The notes under the pieces were generated by a model. That model saw only the letters and a list, made by a program, of their open reading frames with translations. It ran no database searches and had not been told where the DNA came from. Positions 9,652 through 19,056 of a DNA stretch of 64,000 nucleotides are shown in pieces. A program made the position numbers and the translations under genes. The stretch is from an uncultured Candidatus Micrarchaeota archaeon (GTDB lineage: Archaea; Micrarchaeota; Micrarchaeia; Burarchaeales; Fermentimicrarchaeaceae): assembly GCA_963760615.1 (NCBI GenBank), contig CAVXDX010000013.1, positions 1 through 64,000 of the forward strand, in the 5' to 3' direction. How positions within the stretch are numbered: position 1 is the first letter of the stretch; the number at the start of each line of letters is the position of its first letter.

Positions 9652-11247
9652 TTAGCCTCTCTTTTTTTGAATCTGGAAGCTCAGTATCTTACCCCTTTTT
9701 GTTACTATAGGCTTCTCCCTCTTAACCCTTATTGTCCCTACGTCCTCCCACATCTCAAAGGAAAGGTTTCTGCCTATACTCCTCTTCCTCAGGCTGTCAT
9801 AAACAGCATCAATGACCTTTTTCTCGTCTACCTTTCCCAAACTGGGGCTCACTAAGACATCCATATGCGTGAATCCATGTTCATCTTCCTCTTCAACCAG
9901 CTGGTAGTCAGTGCTTGACCCGCCGAACATTACTGGCAAATCCTCCTCAAGCACATCCACCATGTCACTTCCTATAAGCGTCATGCCTTCTCCTGTGAGC
10001 TTCTCAAAGCTCCTGACATTATACATCTTTTCCCTGAATCCAAGCTTACCAAAGCCACATGAACAGTTTTCACTTTTAAGCACACCGTGGTCACCAATCT
10101 CAACGTTTATCATTATCTTCGAAGCATGTTCAAGTAATGAAGTAATCAGAAAAGAGTCAACTGAGACTCCAAAATCCTTTATCTGCCTCTTATACTGTAT
10201 TACAGCCAGTGAATCTCTTAGGAAGTGCATATCATCGCAATGTTTATGGTTATAGCAGCCTTGAGCTATCCCGCCTGTCTCTGATGCGGCATAGCCAGCT
10301 ATCACCTTTGCCCCTACTTTCTCCATCTCCCTTCTTTTGGTGGGGGTAATTGGCTCTCCGCCGCATCCGATTACCACTCCGTCAATATCCAAGCCCATCT
10401 TCTCAGCCTCATTGCAAACTCTTACTCCTGAGCTTGGAAAATTCCAGAGGAAGCATCTAGAATGCTCCCTCATAACGCTGGCGACTTGTTTTGCTATTTT
10501 GCTGCAATGATTCAAATCAACAAATTCAGGAGTCGGTATCTTAGCACCAAGTAACCTTGCCTCATACATCACGATTCTGGGAAGCAGGGTTCTTTTTATA
10601 GTAGGATAAGCATTTCTGATATTTAAGCTTGGCACTTCTGCAGTTTGTGAATAGCAACCAGCCACTTGAATCCCTGTTTTAAAACAAGTAAGAGCCGATT
10701 GCTGGGCCAATAAACCTGGAGACCAAATAACCCTAGGATAATCCGTCACTCCAAGAACGTAATCTGCGAAGAGACGATTGTAGCATCTTTCCAATGTCCG
10801 CTTAAAATCCACCATCACTCTAGTCCCTGGGCTCCTAGTCCCACCTGTGGTAATCTCAAAACCGCCAGTGAAAATGTTGTCAAAATCCGACTCTGAGAAC
10901 TGTACGTGTTTGCCTTTCCTAACCCATTCCTTTTTCCCCTTGAATTCCTCTATTGTTATGTATGCTCCTTCACTTGCAAGTTGCTTCAGGGTGCCTTCCA
11001 ACCCCGAGCTGTCAACCAGGCTTTTGATATCGTTGAATTCATAGCCCACAGCTTTGAAGATCCTGTAGTAGGGGCTTTTTTTGTTATTATAAACCCGCTC
11101 CAGCATAAGCAGAAAATTCTCCTCCCTGCTCTCCAGTCTTCGCTGCATCTCCTCTATGCTTTCCTCTACTGTTATCGTGCCCTTGAGGAAATCTCTCATG
11201 CCGCTCAAGGAACCTGAGAGCATTTTAAACTCGGAGAATAAGCCCAT
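9652..11247 (-). CDS. Second PaaK/CapK-like adenylate-forming protein (tandem paralog)
   Basis: ITTGGTRSPG, YAASETG, EIGDHG, CSCG, TKRGK. Start moved to ATG 11247, which follows an AGGAGGT RBS. Confidence 0.65.
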   Translation of the reverse strand: MGLFSEFKMLSGSLSGMRDFLKGTITVEESIEEMQRRLESREENFLLMLERVYNNKKSPYYRIFKAVGYEFNDIKSLVDSSGLEGTLKQLASEGAYITIEEFKGKKEWVRKGKHVQFSESDFDNIFTGGFEITTGGTRSPGTRVMVDFKRTLERCYNRLFADYVLGVTDYPRVIWSPGLLAQQSALTCFKTGIQVAGCYSQTAEVPSLNIRNAYPTIKRTLLPRIVMYEARLLGAKIPTPEFVDLNHCSKIAKQVASVMREHSRCFLWNFPSSGVRVCNEAEKMGLDIDGVVIGCGGEPITPTKRREMEKVGAKVIAGYAASETGGIAQGCYNHKHCDDMHFLRDSLAVIQYKRQIKDFGVSVDSFLITSLLEHASKIMINVEIGDHGVLKSENCSCGFGKLGFREKMYNVRSFEKLTGEGMTLIGSDMVDVLEEDLPVMFGGSSTDYQLVEEEDEHGFTHMDVLVSPSLGKVDEKKVIDAVYDSLRKRSIGRNLSFEMWEDVGTIRVKREKPIVTKRGKILSFQIQKKRG

Positions 11248-11420
11248 TTTACCTCCTACCAAATTTAGGCAGTTATCATTTAAATAGGCATCATATGAAT
11301 TTATAAGGATAAATGCGCATAATAACACACCAGAAATTCCTGCTGGTTTATAGAAAGTTTATATGCAAATAATCTAAAACACTGCCCTATATGCGCTAAA
11401 AACTAATTTGAGGCGAATCT

Positions 11421-12287
11421 TTGAACAGAAATGCCATACTGTATTTTATTCTCAGCGCTATTGCGATATCTTCCAACTATGTAGTAAACAAGGCAGGGCT
11501 TAAGCAAGGGCTGGATCCGATTTCCTTTGCGTTGACGTCAGGTGTCATCGCAGCCATTTTCTCTTCCATTTATATAATACCAAAAAACAGAGAACTTAAA
11601 ATGTTCAGCAGGCCCGAGTGGCTTAACATTATAATTCTTGGTGTAATTGCTTCAGGTACCTCAGCTCTCACAAGATTCTGGGGTTTATCTCTAACCACTG
11701 CAGTAAATGCTAGCCTCCTATCAAGATCCAATATACTATTCACTGTCCCAATCGCATATATAATGCTGAACGAGAGAATATCAAAAATGGCATGGCTATC
11801 AGTATTCATAATTCTCGGTGGTTGCTTCTTCTTGAGCACTGGTGGCGCTATGATAGCTCCAGCAATAGGGGATTTAATAATAATCTTTTCCGCGCTTCAA
11901 GTTGCATTTGCCAACTGTCTTGCAAAGAAAGTAATGATTCGAATTCCGGCGGGAACCGTTTCAATGTTGAGATTAATAATAGGTGCCATATTCCTGCTGA
12001 TTTCAGTACCCATATTCATGGGTTCGAGTGCATTTTCATCACTTTTTGATGGGTTTTGGTACGTTATAGTGTCCGGTGTATTAACCGTAACCTACGTCTT
12101 TGGTCTTTATAAGGGAATTGGGCTGTCAAATGCCTCAATAGGCAATACATTTCACCAATTTCACGCAGTACTTACCTTAATCCTCGCCTATATATTCCTG
12201 GGGGAGAGTTTATCACTTGTCAAAGGGTTTGGCGGACTCTTAATCCTAGTTGGTGCCTACCTAATAAGCAAAGAACGCGACAATTAA
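11421..12287 (+). CDS. DMT/EamA family transporter
   Basis: 288 aa with ~10 TM helices in two repeats; LAYIMLNERI and LAYIFLGESL repeat ends. Confidence 0.85.
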   Translation: MNRNAILYFILSAIAISSNYVVNKAGLKQGLDPISFALTSGVIAAIFSSIYIIPKNRELKMFSRPEWLNIIILGVIASGTSALTRFWGLSLTTAVNASLLSRSNILFTVPIAYIMLNERISKMAWLSVFIILGGCFFLSTGGAMIAPAIGDLIIIFSALQVAFANCLAKKVMIRIPAGTVSMLRLIIGAIFLLISVPIFMGSSAFSSLFDGFWYVIVSGVLTVTYVFGLYKGIGLSNASIGNTFHQFHAVLTLILAYIFLGESLSLVKGFGGLLILVGAYLISKERDN

Positions 12288-12305
12288 ACCTTTTGATTTA
12301 AGTTA

Positions 12306-12821
12306 TTATTTTTTGTATTTTCTAAGAGCTAACACCGCCAGAAAAACTGCGGTAAAGTAGAGTGCTAAAGCAATTCCAAATACGCTAATTAGATAAGACT
12401 TTTGGGTGACCATCAAATTCAAGCTGGCTGGTATAACATAAAGGTTGCCGGAAAAAGGGAAAAGCAACTCTACGCCCAACCCCTCAACCATATCAAAAAG
12501 CAGATGCCCAAAAATCATCACTGATAAAGTATAGCCACAGAGCTTTAACTTCCCCTTTAAAAGAAATGCGGATATGAGAATAATCAGTGCTACTGTGAGC
12601 AGGTTATGAAATATGAGGGGCTTCACCCCCAATACCTGTTCCAGTTTAGTCTGATTAGCGCCAAGTAATACTAGAATATAGTGGGGTATATGGTCTAAAT
12701 CAATCAGTATTGAGATAAAACTAAGAGCAAGAGCCTCCTTTATCCCGGCTTTTTTATCCGTTTCCCTAAGAATCACGTAACCTCCTGAAAACGATATTAA
12801 AAAATGAAAAAGCGGGTCCAT
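12306..12821 (-). CDS. Membrane-bound metal-dependent hydrolase (YdjM/DUF457-like)
   Basis: N-terminal H, DLDH, FHN and GHLLFD motifs in a hydrophobic protein. Confidence 0.7.
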   Translation of the reverse strand: MDPLFHFLISFSGGYVILRETDKKAGIKEALALSFISILIDLDHIPHYILVLLGANQTKLEQVLGVKPLIFHNLLTVALIILISAFLLKGKLKLCGYTLSVMIFGHLLFDMVEGLGVELLFPFSGNLYVIPASLNLMVTQKSYLISVFGIALALYFTAVFLAVLALRKYKK

Positions 12822-13229
12822 TCATCCACCTTCAAATCCCTGCAGCCAGAAATGCACGCTGTAATTCCTACTGTTGACTGTTGCTATAACCTCAACTTTC
12901 GCCGGAAACTGCGTGCCATTCTGAAGCGGAAAAGATACACTTCTTTCGATGCTTCCTGACTCTATTCGGAAGGAGTCATTCTGGATTGTGGAGTTTGAGA
13001 GCCAAATTTCCACATCATAGCTAGAGGGTTTACCCTCATGGGACTCAACCACGTACGTGAATGAAACATTATCCTTCACGTAGTTTGAATATGATTTCAG
13101 GTATACCACTGAATAGCGATCCTCCTTGTTCGTTGCCACCATTATGACCACTATGACAATTCCCACTATGCAGGCTGCCAGAATTATCTTGTCTAAGTTG
13201 GTTTTTTCGCTTTTTTCCTTGCCCTTCAT
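12822..13229 (-). CDS. Membrane-anchored hypothetical protein (DUF1616-like Ig-type domain)
   Basis: N-terminal TM followed by a beta-rich domain (YVVESHEGKPSSY, SVHFWL). Confidence 0.5.
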   Translation of the reverse strand: MKGKEKSEKTNLDKIILAACIVGIVIVVIMVATNKEDRYSVVYLKSYSNYVKDNVSFTYVVESHEGKPSSYDVEIWLSNSTIQNDSFRIESGSIERSVSFPLQNGTQFPAKVEVIATVNSRNYSVHFWLQGFEGG

Positions 13230-13283
13230 ACGCCTATATATGTTGTCCTACGTTTAAATAGCTTTTCTGAAGAAATAGCCTTC

Positions 13284-14612
13284 TTACCCTCTGATTCTTT
13301 TCATATGTTCAATTCTTTTTTCTATCAATTCCCTTGTGCCGATATCCTTCCTGTAGAACAGCTTCCCCTTCACAAACTTTACTGCATTCTCGGCAATTCT
13401 CTCAGCTTTTTCAATTGTATCAGAAATTCCCACCAAACCTGCCGTGCGCGAGCTGCCAGTGTAGATTTTTCCGTCAACTTCATTCACTGATGCATAGTAA
13501 AGCATCGCGCCGCTTTTCTCAATCGCTCTTTCATCCACCTCAATAAGCTCATTCTTCTTCGGAGAGATAGGGTAGCCTTCTGGAACAAGGTACTTGCAAA
13601 CTGTTGCCTTTTTCTCAAAAGCTGCATCCTTGAGGCTTCCTTCAACAATCCTCTGAAGGATATCTAGAAAATCGCTCTTTATAACTGAGAGCGTATTCAT
13701 CGCCTCGGGGTCTCCCAACCTGGCGTTGTATTCAAGTAGCTTCACCCCTTCCCTTGTCACCATGAACCCACCATACAGAAATCCCCTGTACTCCTCACCT
13801 ATTTCCTTCCTGTAGGCATCAACAGAAGCTTTCATTATTGATAAACCATCCTCATAATCCTCCTGCTTCAGGAATGGTAGAATATAGCCCGCGTCTGAAT
13901 AAGAGCCCATTCCTCCAGTATTCATGCCCTGGTCGTTTTCATATGCTCTTTTGTGGTCCTGCACCATCGGTGTGCCTACAACTTTTCTCCCACTCACAAA
14001 AGCCTGCAGGGAGAACTCCTCACCCTCAAGCCTCTCCTCAACAACAACCTTTCTCAGGCTCCCCACTCCCTTCCCAAGAATTTCTTTGACATATTCCTTT
14101 GCTTCCGAGGAATTCTTGAGCTGCTCCCCCACTACCTTCACTCCCTTCCCCCCAGTAAGACCGGCAGGCTTCACAACAACAGAACTTCCAAGAGAATCTA
14201 TGAACTCGCAAGCTTCCTTGTAATCTGTGAAAACTCCAGCAACTGGAGAGCCTTTCACCTTGTATTTTTCAAGCAGCTCCCTCATGAAACCCTTATCAGT
14301 CTCCATCCTCGCCCCGCTCTTGGAAGGGCCTGCGCATCCGATGCCGAACTTCTCAAGCTCGTCAACAACAGCCGCATCAAGCGGAGCCTCCGGCCCGATT
14401 ACAGCCAAATCTATTTTCCTGCTGATTGCAAACTTCGCAATAAGCCTTGCATCGGTTGTTTTCCCGACAAAAGCTTCCTTGCACAGTCTGACTATCCCGG
14501 GGTTTTTGGCTTCCATGAATGCATAAAGCTCATGCTTCTCCCTGCTTCTTCTTATTGCTCTGGCGATGGCATGCTCCCTCCCGCCATTGCCAATGAGAAG
14601 AATCCTTTCCAT
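13284..14612 (-). CDS. purD: Phosphoribosylamine--glycine ligase
   Basis: GNGGREHAIA, VIGPEAPL, VKPAGLTGGKGV, QDHKRAYENDQGMNTGGMGSYS, EYNARLGDPE. Confidence 0.97.
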   Translation of the reverse strand: MERILLIGNGGREHAIARAIRRSREKHELYAFMEAKNPGIVRLCKEAFVGKTTDARLIAKFAISRKIDLAVIGPEAPLDAAVVDELEKFGIGCAGPSKSGARMETDKGFMRELLEKYKVKGSPVAGVFTDYKEACEFIDSLGSSVVVKPAGLTGGKGVKVVGEQLKNSSEAKEYVKEILGKGVGSLRKVVVEERLEGEEFSLQAFVSGRKVVGTPMVQDHKRAYENDQGMNTGGMGSYSDAGYILPFLKQEDYEDGLSIMKASVDAYRKEIGEEYRGFLYGGFMVTREGVKLLEYNARLGDPEAMNTLSVIKSDFLDILQRIVEGSLKDAAFEKKATVCKYLVPEGYPISPKKNELIEVDERAIEKSGAMLYYASVNEVDGKIYTGSSRTAGLVGISDTIEKAERIAENAVKFVKGKLFYRKDIGTRELIEKRIEHMKRIRG

Positions 14613-14725
14613 ACTTCACCTCAAAATCACAAGGAAGCCCGCACCCGTTTATAGGCGGAGGCATATCATTGTAGTTAAATCTACTTATACCCCCTATAAG
14701 TTGCTTACACCCCCCATGGCGTATG

Positions 14726-16171
14726 TCAGATCTCCCAGTACCTTTTCTTCTCCTTAATTTCTTCTCCGCTCCTCTTCTTCATCTCCTTTGCTATTTTTGC
14801 AGCACCGGGAGTCGGGTAATCCTCATTGAGGCAGGCCATGCAGAGGTTTTCCTTGCCAATCCCAATCGCCTTGACAAGCCCGTCTATTGTCTGGTAGCCC
14901 AGAGAATCCGCCCCGAGAATCTTCCTTATTTCTTCAACATTGCCATTGCACCTGAATGCAATCAATTCAGAATGGCTTGAAATATCTATACCGTAGAAGC
15001 AAGGTGAAATAATGGGCGGGCATGTTATCCTCACATGGACCTCCTTTGCTCCCGCACCCTTCAGCAGCTTAACAAGTTTGTTTGTTGTAGTTCCTCTCAC
15101 TATGCTGTCATCTATGACAACAATCTTCTTTCCTTTCAGAATTGTTCTCAGCGGGTTGAGTTTCTTCTTTATCGCATCATCCCTTATGCTCTGCTCAGGC
15201 ATTATGAATGTTCGCATGATATACCTGTTCTTTATCAAACCTTCCTCCACCTTTATGCCGCTCTCACGTGAGAATCCCTCTGCAGCAGGCCTTGAGGTAT
15301 CCGGCACGGGTATTATAACCTCTGCGTTTGCCGGGTGTGATTTTGCGAGGTTCTTTCCAAGCTCCACTCTTATGTTATATACGCTGCCAGCATCAAGGAT
15401 TGAGTCCGGCCTTGAGAAATAAACATATTCAAACATGCAGTGCCTCTTCTCGCTTTTCGCAACAAGCCTTCTCTCCACACCTTTTTCATTCACAACTATA
15501 ACCTCGCCGGGCTTCACCTGCTCTGACAGCTCAACGTCGTTTATGTCAAGTGCGACGCTCTCTGAAGCGAATATTATGCAGTCCTCATTTCTGCCAAAGC
15601 ACAGCGGCCTGAATCCGTTCGGGTCCCGGAAGGCAATAAGCTCCCCTTTCCCGGTTACCGCAACCTCGCAGTATGCTCCCTCAAGCCTCTTCATAACCTT
15701 TGCTACTGCCTGGAAAATATCCTCTGTCTTACTCAGCTCATCTGCAAGAACTTTTAGAATTATCTCTGAGTCGCAGCCTGAAATGAGTGGAGTTCCGCCT
15801 CTGTTCAGCTCATCCTTTAGGGCAGTGAAGTTGACCAGATTGCCATTGTGGGCAAGCGCCATCCCATTCCTCGGAAGGTCCACCATGAATGGCTGGGCAT
15901 CCTTCAGAGAAGAGCTTCCGCAGGTGGGATACCTCACGCTTCCAATCCCTATAGTGCCTTTGAGGGCAAGCAAATCGTCCTCTGAAAAAACATCTGAGGT
16001 GAGTCCCATTCCCTTCTTCAGGTGAATGCTCTTGCCGTCAAATGTGGCAATTCCTGCGCTGTCCTGCCCCCTGTGCTGTATGGCAATCAGCCCATTGTAT
16101 ACTGGAAGTGCAACCTCATCCTTCCTGAAGGAATAAATTCCAAATACCCCGCATGCTTCTCGTCCCTCCAT
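14726..16171 (-). CDS. purF: Amidophosphoribosyltransferase
   Basis: Short propeptide then CGVFG; QHRGQDSAGI, AHNGNLVN, CMFEYVYFSRPDS, VIDDSIVRGTT. Confidence 0.97.
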   Translation of the reverse strand: MEGREACGVFGIYSFRKDEVALPVYNGLIAIQHRGQDSAGIATFDGKSIHLKKGMGLTSDVFSEDDLLALKGTIGIGSVRYPTCGSSSLKDAQPFMVDLPRNGMALAHNGNLVNFTALKDELNRGGTPLISGCDSEIILKVLADELSKTEDIFQAVAKVMKRLEGAYCEVAVTGKGELIAFRDPNGFRPLCFGRNEDCIIFASESVALDINDVELSEQVKPGEVIVVNEKGVERRLVAKSEKRHCMFEYVYFSRPDSILDAGSVYNIRVELGKNLAKSHPANAEVIIPVPDTSRPAAEGFSRESGIKVEEGLIKNRYIMRTFIMPEQSIRDDAIKKKLNPLRTILKGKKIVVIDDSIVRGTTTNKLVKLLKGAGAKEVHVRITCPPIISPCFYGIDISSHSELIAFRCNGNVEEIRKILGADSLGYQTIDGLVKAIGIGKENLCMACLNEDYPTPGAAKIAKEMKKRSGEEIKEKKRYWEI

Positions 16172-16380
16172 TACTCCCACCTCATCAACTCACAGAAAAA
16201 GGTAAAGAACAATTCCCCCATAGAATATTGATGCCATCAGGTATTTAAATTATTTCTTTTTTATAAGAAGCAGAATACCCATTAATCATTGCAAACCTGC
16301 TCATGAAAATCTTGTCTCCTTTCCTATATAATTAGATTTAATAGGTAATATTTAAATACTAGAGTTACCTAATATACTAC

Positions 16381-16481
16381 GAACCAAAATGCGCCAGTGG
16401 GTGCGTATAAGAGAGGTTCTGGCCGAATGAGGTAACTTTCCTGTGCTCACCCTTGGCAAAGTCGCTGAGGGGGCATCACAG
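16381..16481 (+). ncRNA. Candidate structured RNA / long 5' leader (unassigned)
   Basis: TATA-like TTTAAATA at ~16351. Nested stems gaacc/ggttc, atgcgc/gtgcgt, cccttggc/gctgaggg and ctgtg/cacag. No known family recognised. Confidence 0.35.
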
Positions 16482-16502
16482 AATGAATAAGGAACCATCT
16501 AA

Positions 16503-16850
16503 ATGAGGTTGATAAAAATGGATGAAATAAAAACAAAAATTGATGATGTTTTCGATTTTATTCAGAAAAAGGGGAAGACCACCTCGAGAGAAGTAAGCAA
16601 GGAGGTCAAAATAAGCAAAGATGATTTAGATACGTACGTGTATATCCTGCGTAGATACGGTATGATTGAGGTGAAATACGGCTGGTTTGACACCCATCTT
16701 TACATAAATGAAGATGCACTTAAACTGGCTGATGAATTCAAATATCAGCTGTACTCCAATGCAGACAGCACAGTCATTTTTGATAAAGAAGGTGCAGCTG
16801 ACAGGAATATAAAAGCACTTGCCTTCATGAGCATGCTTAAAACAGAGTAA
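16503..16850 (+). CDS. Hypothetical protein with N-terminal winged-HTH-like domain
   Basis: TKIDDVFDFIQKKGKTTSREVSKEV...ILRRYGMIEVKY resembles a segment of 30925..31665. Start may be ATG 16518. Confidence 0.6.
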   Translation: MRLIKMDEIKTKIDDVFDFIQKKGKTTSREVSKEVKISKDDLDTYVYILRRYGMIEVKYGWFDTHLYINEDALKLADEFKYQLYSNADSTVIFDKEGAADRNIKALAFMSMLKTE

Positions 16851-17129
16851 TCATTTCCCGCATGCCTTTCTGAGCACTGCAAGATGATTCTCTGCAATGA
16901 TAAACCTGAACTCGAACTTCTCCCCAAGCATGTTGTACACCACCATAACCGCCTGGCTCTTCAGGAGGGCGAGCTTCTTCTCCTCGGTGATGGATTCAAC
17001 ATAGTTGAACGGGACCTGAACCCTACTTCCAGCCCGCATATCCAGCCCATTCTCATGCAGCGTTATTGACCCATTCTTGGAATCATAGAGTACCGGAAGA
17101 ACTTCCAATGCCTTTCCCAACAGCTCCAT
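16851..17129 (-). CDS. Hypothetical protein (small beta-rich, PH-like possible)
   Basis: 92-aa ORF with a GGTGAG RBS and normal codon usage. Confidence 0.6.
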   Translation of the reverse strand: MELLGKALEVLPVLYDSKNGSITLHENGLDMRAGSRVQVPFNYVESITEEKKLALLKSQAVMVVYNMLGEKFEFRFIIAENHLAVLRKACGK

Positions 17130-17192
17130 CTACTCACCACTTCTGTTTTGCTAACGTAAGTATTTAAATATTCTACAAGGCATTATCTACTC

Positions 17193-18101
17193 ATGAGTTC
17201 CAGAAAGACGTTTATTGCTCTATTCCTGTTGCTCATCCCCCTGTTATCCTCTGCGGAGTCAGTTTCACTCATCCTAGGTCAGCAGTATAATTTCACTTTT
17301 AACAGCTCCCAGTATGCTGTTGCAATGGTTGGCATTGCGAAAGATACTGCGACTTTCGTTGTTTCCGGCGTGTTGGTGAGCCCAGGCGTAAATGAAACCA
17401 AAATTTTGGATCCCAGCGGCAAAGGTCGTATTGGTCTAACACTCAACCAGATTATGCCAAACAGCACGGTTAGCATTGACATCAGCTATGGAGTAACTGG
17501 AAGGGCATGCAACCCTATCGGTGAGCAGTGCTCTGGGTTCAATGACTGCTGCGTTGGAAGGTGCATTGTTGGAGCATGCGCTTATCCCCCCACATACAAC
17601 TCTAGCGGAACAATGAATGCAAGCTTGGATGTGCCGGAAAATACAACCGCAGGCAGTGTTGTTATTCTCAGGATGAGCGGGAACGACGGAACCCCAATTC
17701 CAAATGCAGTTGTTAACATACTAACCCCATCCGCTGAGAGGCTGGTGCTCACTACGAATGAAAGCGGGGCGGGTAGTTACCTTGCAAGAGAGGAAGGGAA
17801 CTACAGCTATGTTGCATATGGTTACCTGCTGAGCTCAAACAAGACGACCCTCTCCAAACCCGCTCCTCCGCCAGTGCAGAATCCGCAGCAACCCCAGCCA
17901 TACTGCGGCGATGGAACATGCAGCAATGGGGAGACTTGCTCAGGCTGCCCCCAAGACTGCGGAGCTTGCCCCGTGCAACAGGCCCCGGCTGCCGCTCCAC
18001 CCAAGGCTGAGGGGTATTCCTCGCTGCTCTGGGTTGGCCTTATGTTCTTGACAATAATGATCATACTGCGGGTTTTGATTCCAATCTTCGTGAGGGACTA
18101 G
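17193..18101 (+). CDS. Secreted surface protein with Ig/carboxypeptidase-regulatory-like domain, Cys-rich module and C-terminal TM
   Basis: Signal peptide, GTPIPNAVV...LTTNESG, CGDGTCSNGETCSGCPQDCGAC, Pro/Gln linker, TM. Confidence 0.75.
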   Translation: MSSRKTFIALFLLLIPLLSSAESVSLILGQQYNFTFNSSQYAVAMVGIAKDTATFVVSGVLVSPGVNETKILDPSGKGRIGLTLNQIMPNSTVSIDISYGVTGRACNPIGEQCSGFNDCCVGRCIVGACAYPPTYNSSGTMNASLDVPENTTAGSVVILRMSGNDGTPIPNAVVNILTPSAERLVLTTNESGAGSYLAREEGNYSYVAYGYLLSSNKTTLSKPAPPPVQNPQQPQPYCGDGTCSNGETCSGCPQDCGACPVQQAPAAAPPKAEGYSSLLWVGLMFLTIMIILRVLIPIFVRD

Positions 18102-18104
18102 CCA

Positions 18105-19028
18105 ATGGTCGTAGAGCAGATTTTCCACTTTGAGGAAATTCAGAAGAAGCCCTACCTTGTCTCTGCCGCCGCCTTCATATTCACCGGCATCTCGGTTATT
18201 CTCGCCACAACTGTTCCAAGCCCCCCCATGGGTTTCTTCATAATAGCGCTCACTGTGATGCCGGCCATACCGTTCTTCATCCGCGCCACAGCATGCAAGG
18301 AGAAAGGGGAGGAGATATTCACAAAACTGGCATCTGCGGTGCCTGCAAAAAAGTTTGAGAAAGGCACCAAGAGGAGGCTAGGCCCAATATACAATACGAT
18401 AATACAGCTCTACATGTACTTCTTCCTTGGCTCTGTAATAGGGTTTGCCTTCGCCTCAAGCATCATGCCAGAGAGCTCATCGCTGCTGGTATTCTCGGAT
18501 GTGAGAAAGCTCATGCTCAGCGTGATGAATCCATCAGCGCAGGTGCTCAACCCTTCCAATAGCATCAGTTTTTGGGTTATTTTCTCTCACAACCTACAGC
18601 TCATGCTGGTTATGCTGCTCTTCTCAATCGTCTACAGCATAGGTGCGATATTCCTGCTTGTCCTCAATGCTGCGGCAATAGGGCTTTTCCTCGAGCAGGG
18701 AATCAGGAACCTGCTGCCGGGCTTCTCCTCACTCGGGTTGCTGGCATACCCCGCAGCATTCATCGCAGGCTCATTTTCAGGTATATTGAAGCTGCTGCCC
18801 CACGGAATATGGGAGTTCTCGGGCTTCTTCATGGCAAGCATTGCAGGTGGCATAATCTCCGTGGCAATAGAGAGGAAGGCATACAGAAGATGGGAAACTT
18901 CCAAAATAATACTCATTGACGTTGCAAAACTCCTAATCCTTGCAGTTCTCCTGCTCGCGGCAGGCGCTTTCATAGAGGCAGTTTTGTATCCTTCGCTGGA
19001 GTCAGCTCTACCAAGCTTCTTAAAATAA
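18105..19028 (+). CDS. Stage II sporulation protein M (SpoIIM/DUF95) family membrane protein
   Basis: IFSHNL, LVLNAAAIG and LLPHGIWEF...AGG motifs. Confidence 0.85.
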   Translation: MVVEQIFHFEEIQKKPYLVSAAAFIFTGISVILATTVPSPPMGFFIIALTVMPAIPFFIRATACKEKGEEIFTKLASAVPAKKFEKGTKRRLGPIYNTIIQLYMYFFLGSVIGFAFASSIMPESSSLLVFSDVRKLMLSVMNPSAQVLNPSNSISFWVIFSHNLQLMLVMLLFSIVYSIGAIFLLVLNAAAIGLFLEQGIRNLLPGFSSLGLLAYPAAFIAGSFSGILKLLPHGIWEFSGFFMASIAGGIISVAIERKAYRRWETSKIILIDVAKLLILAVLLLAAGAFIEAVLYPSLESALPSFLK

Positions 19029-19056
19029 AAGAAAAAGATAGAAAAAAGAAAAAAAC

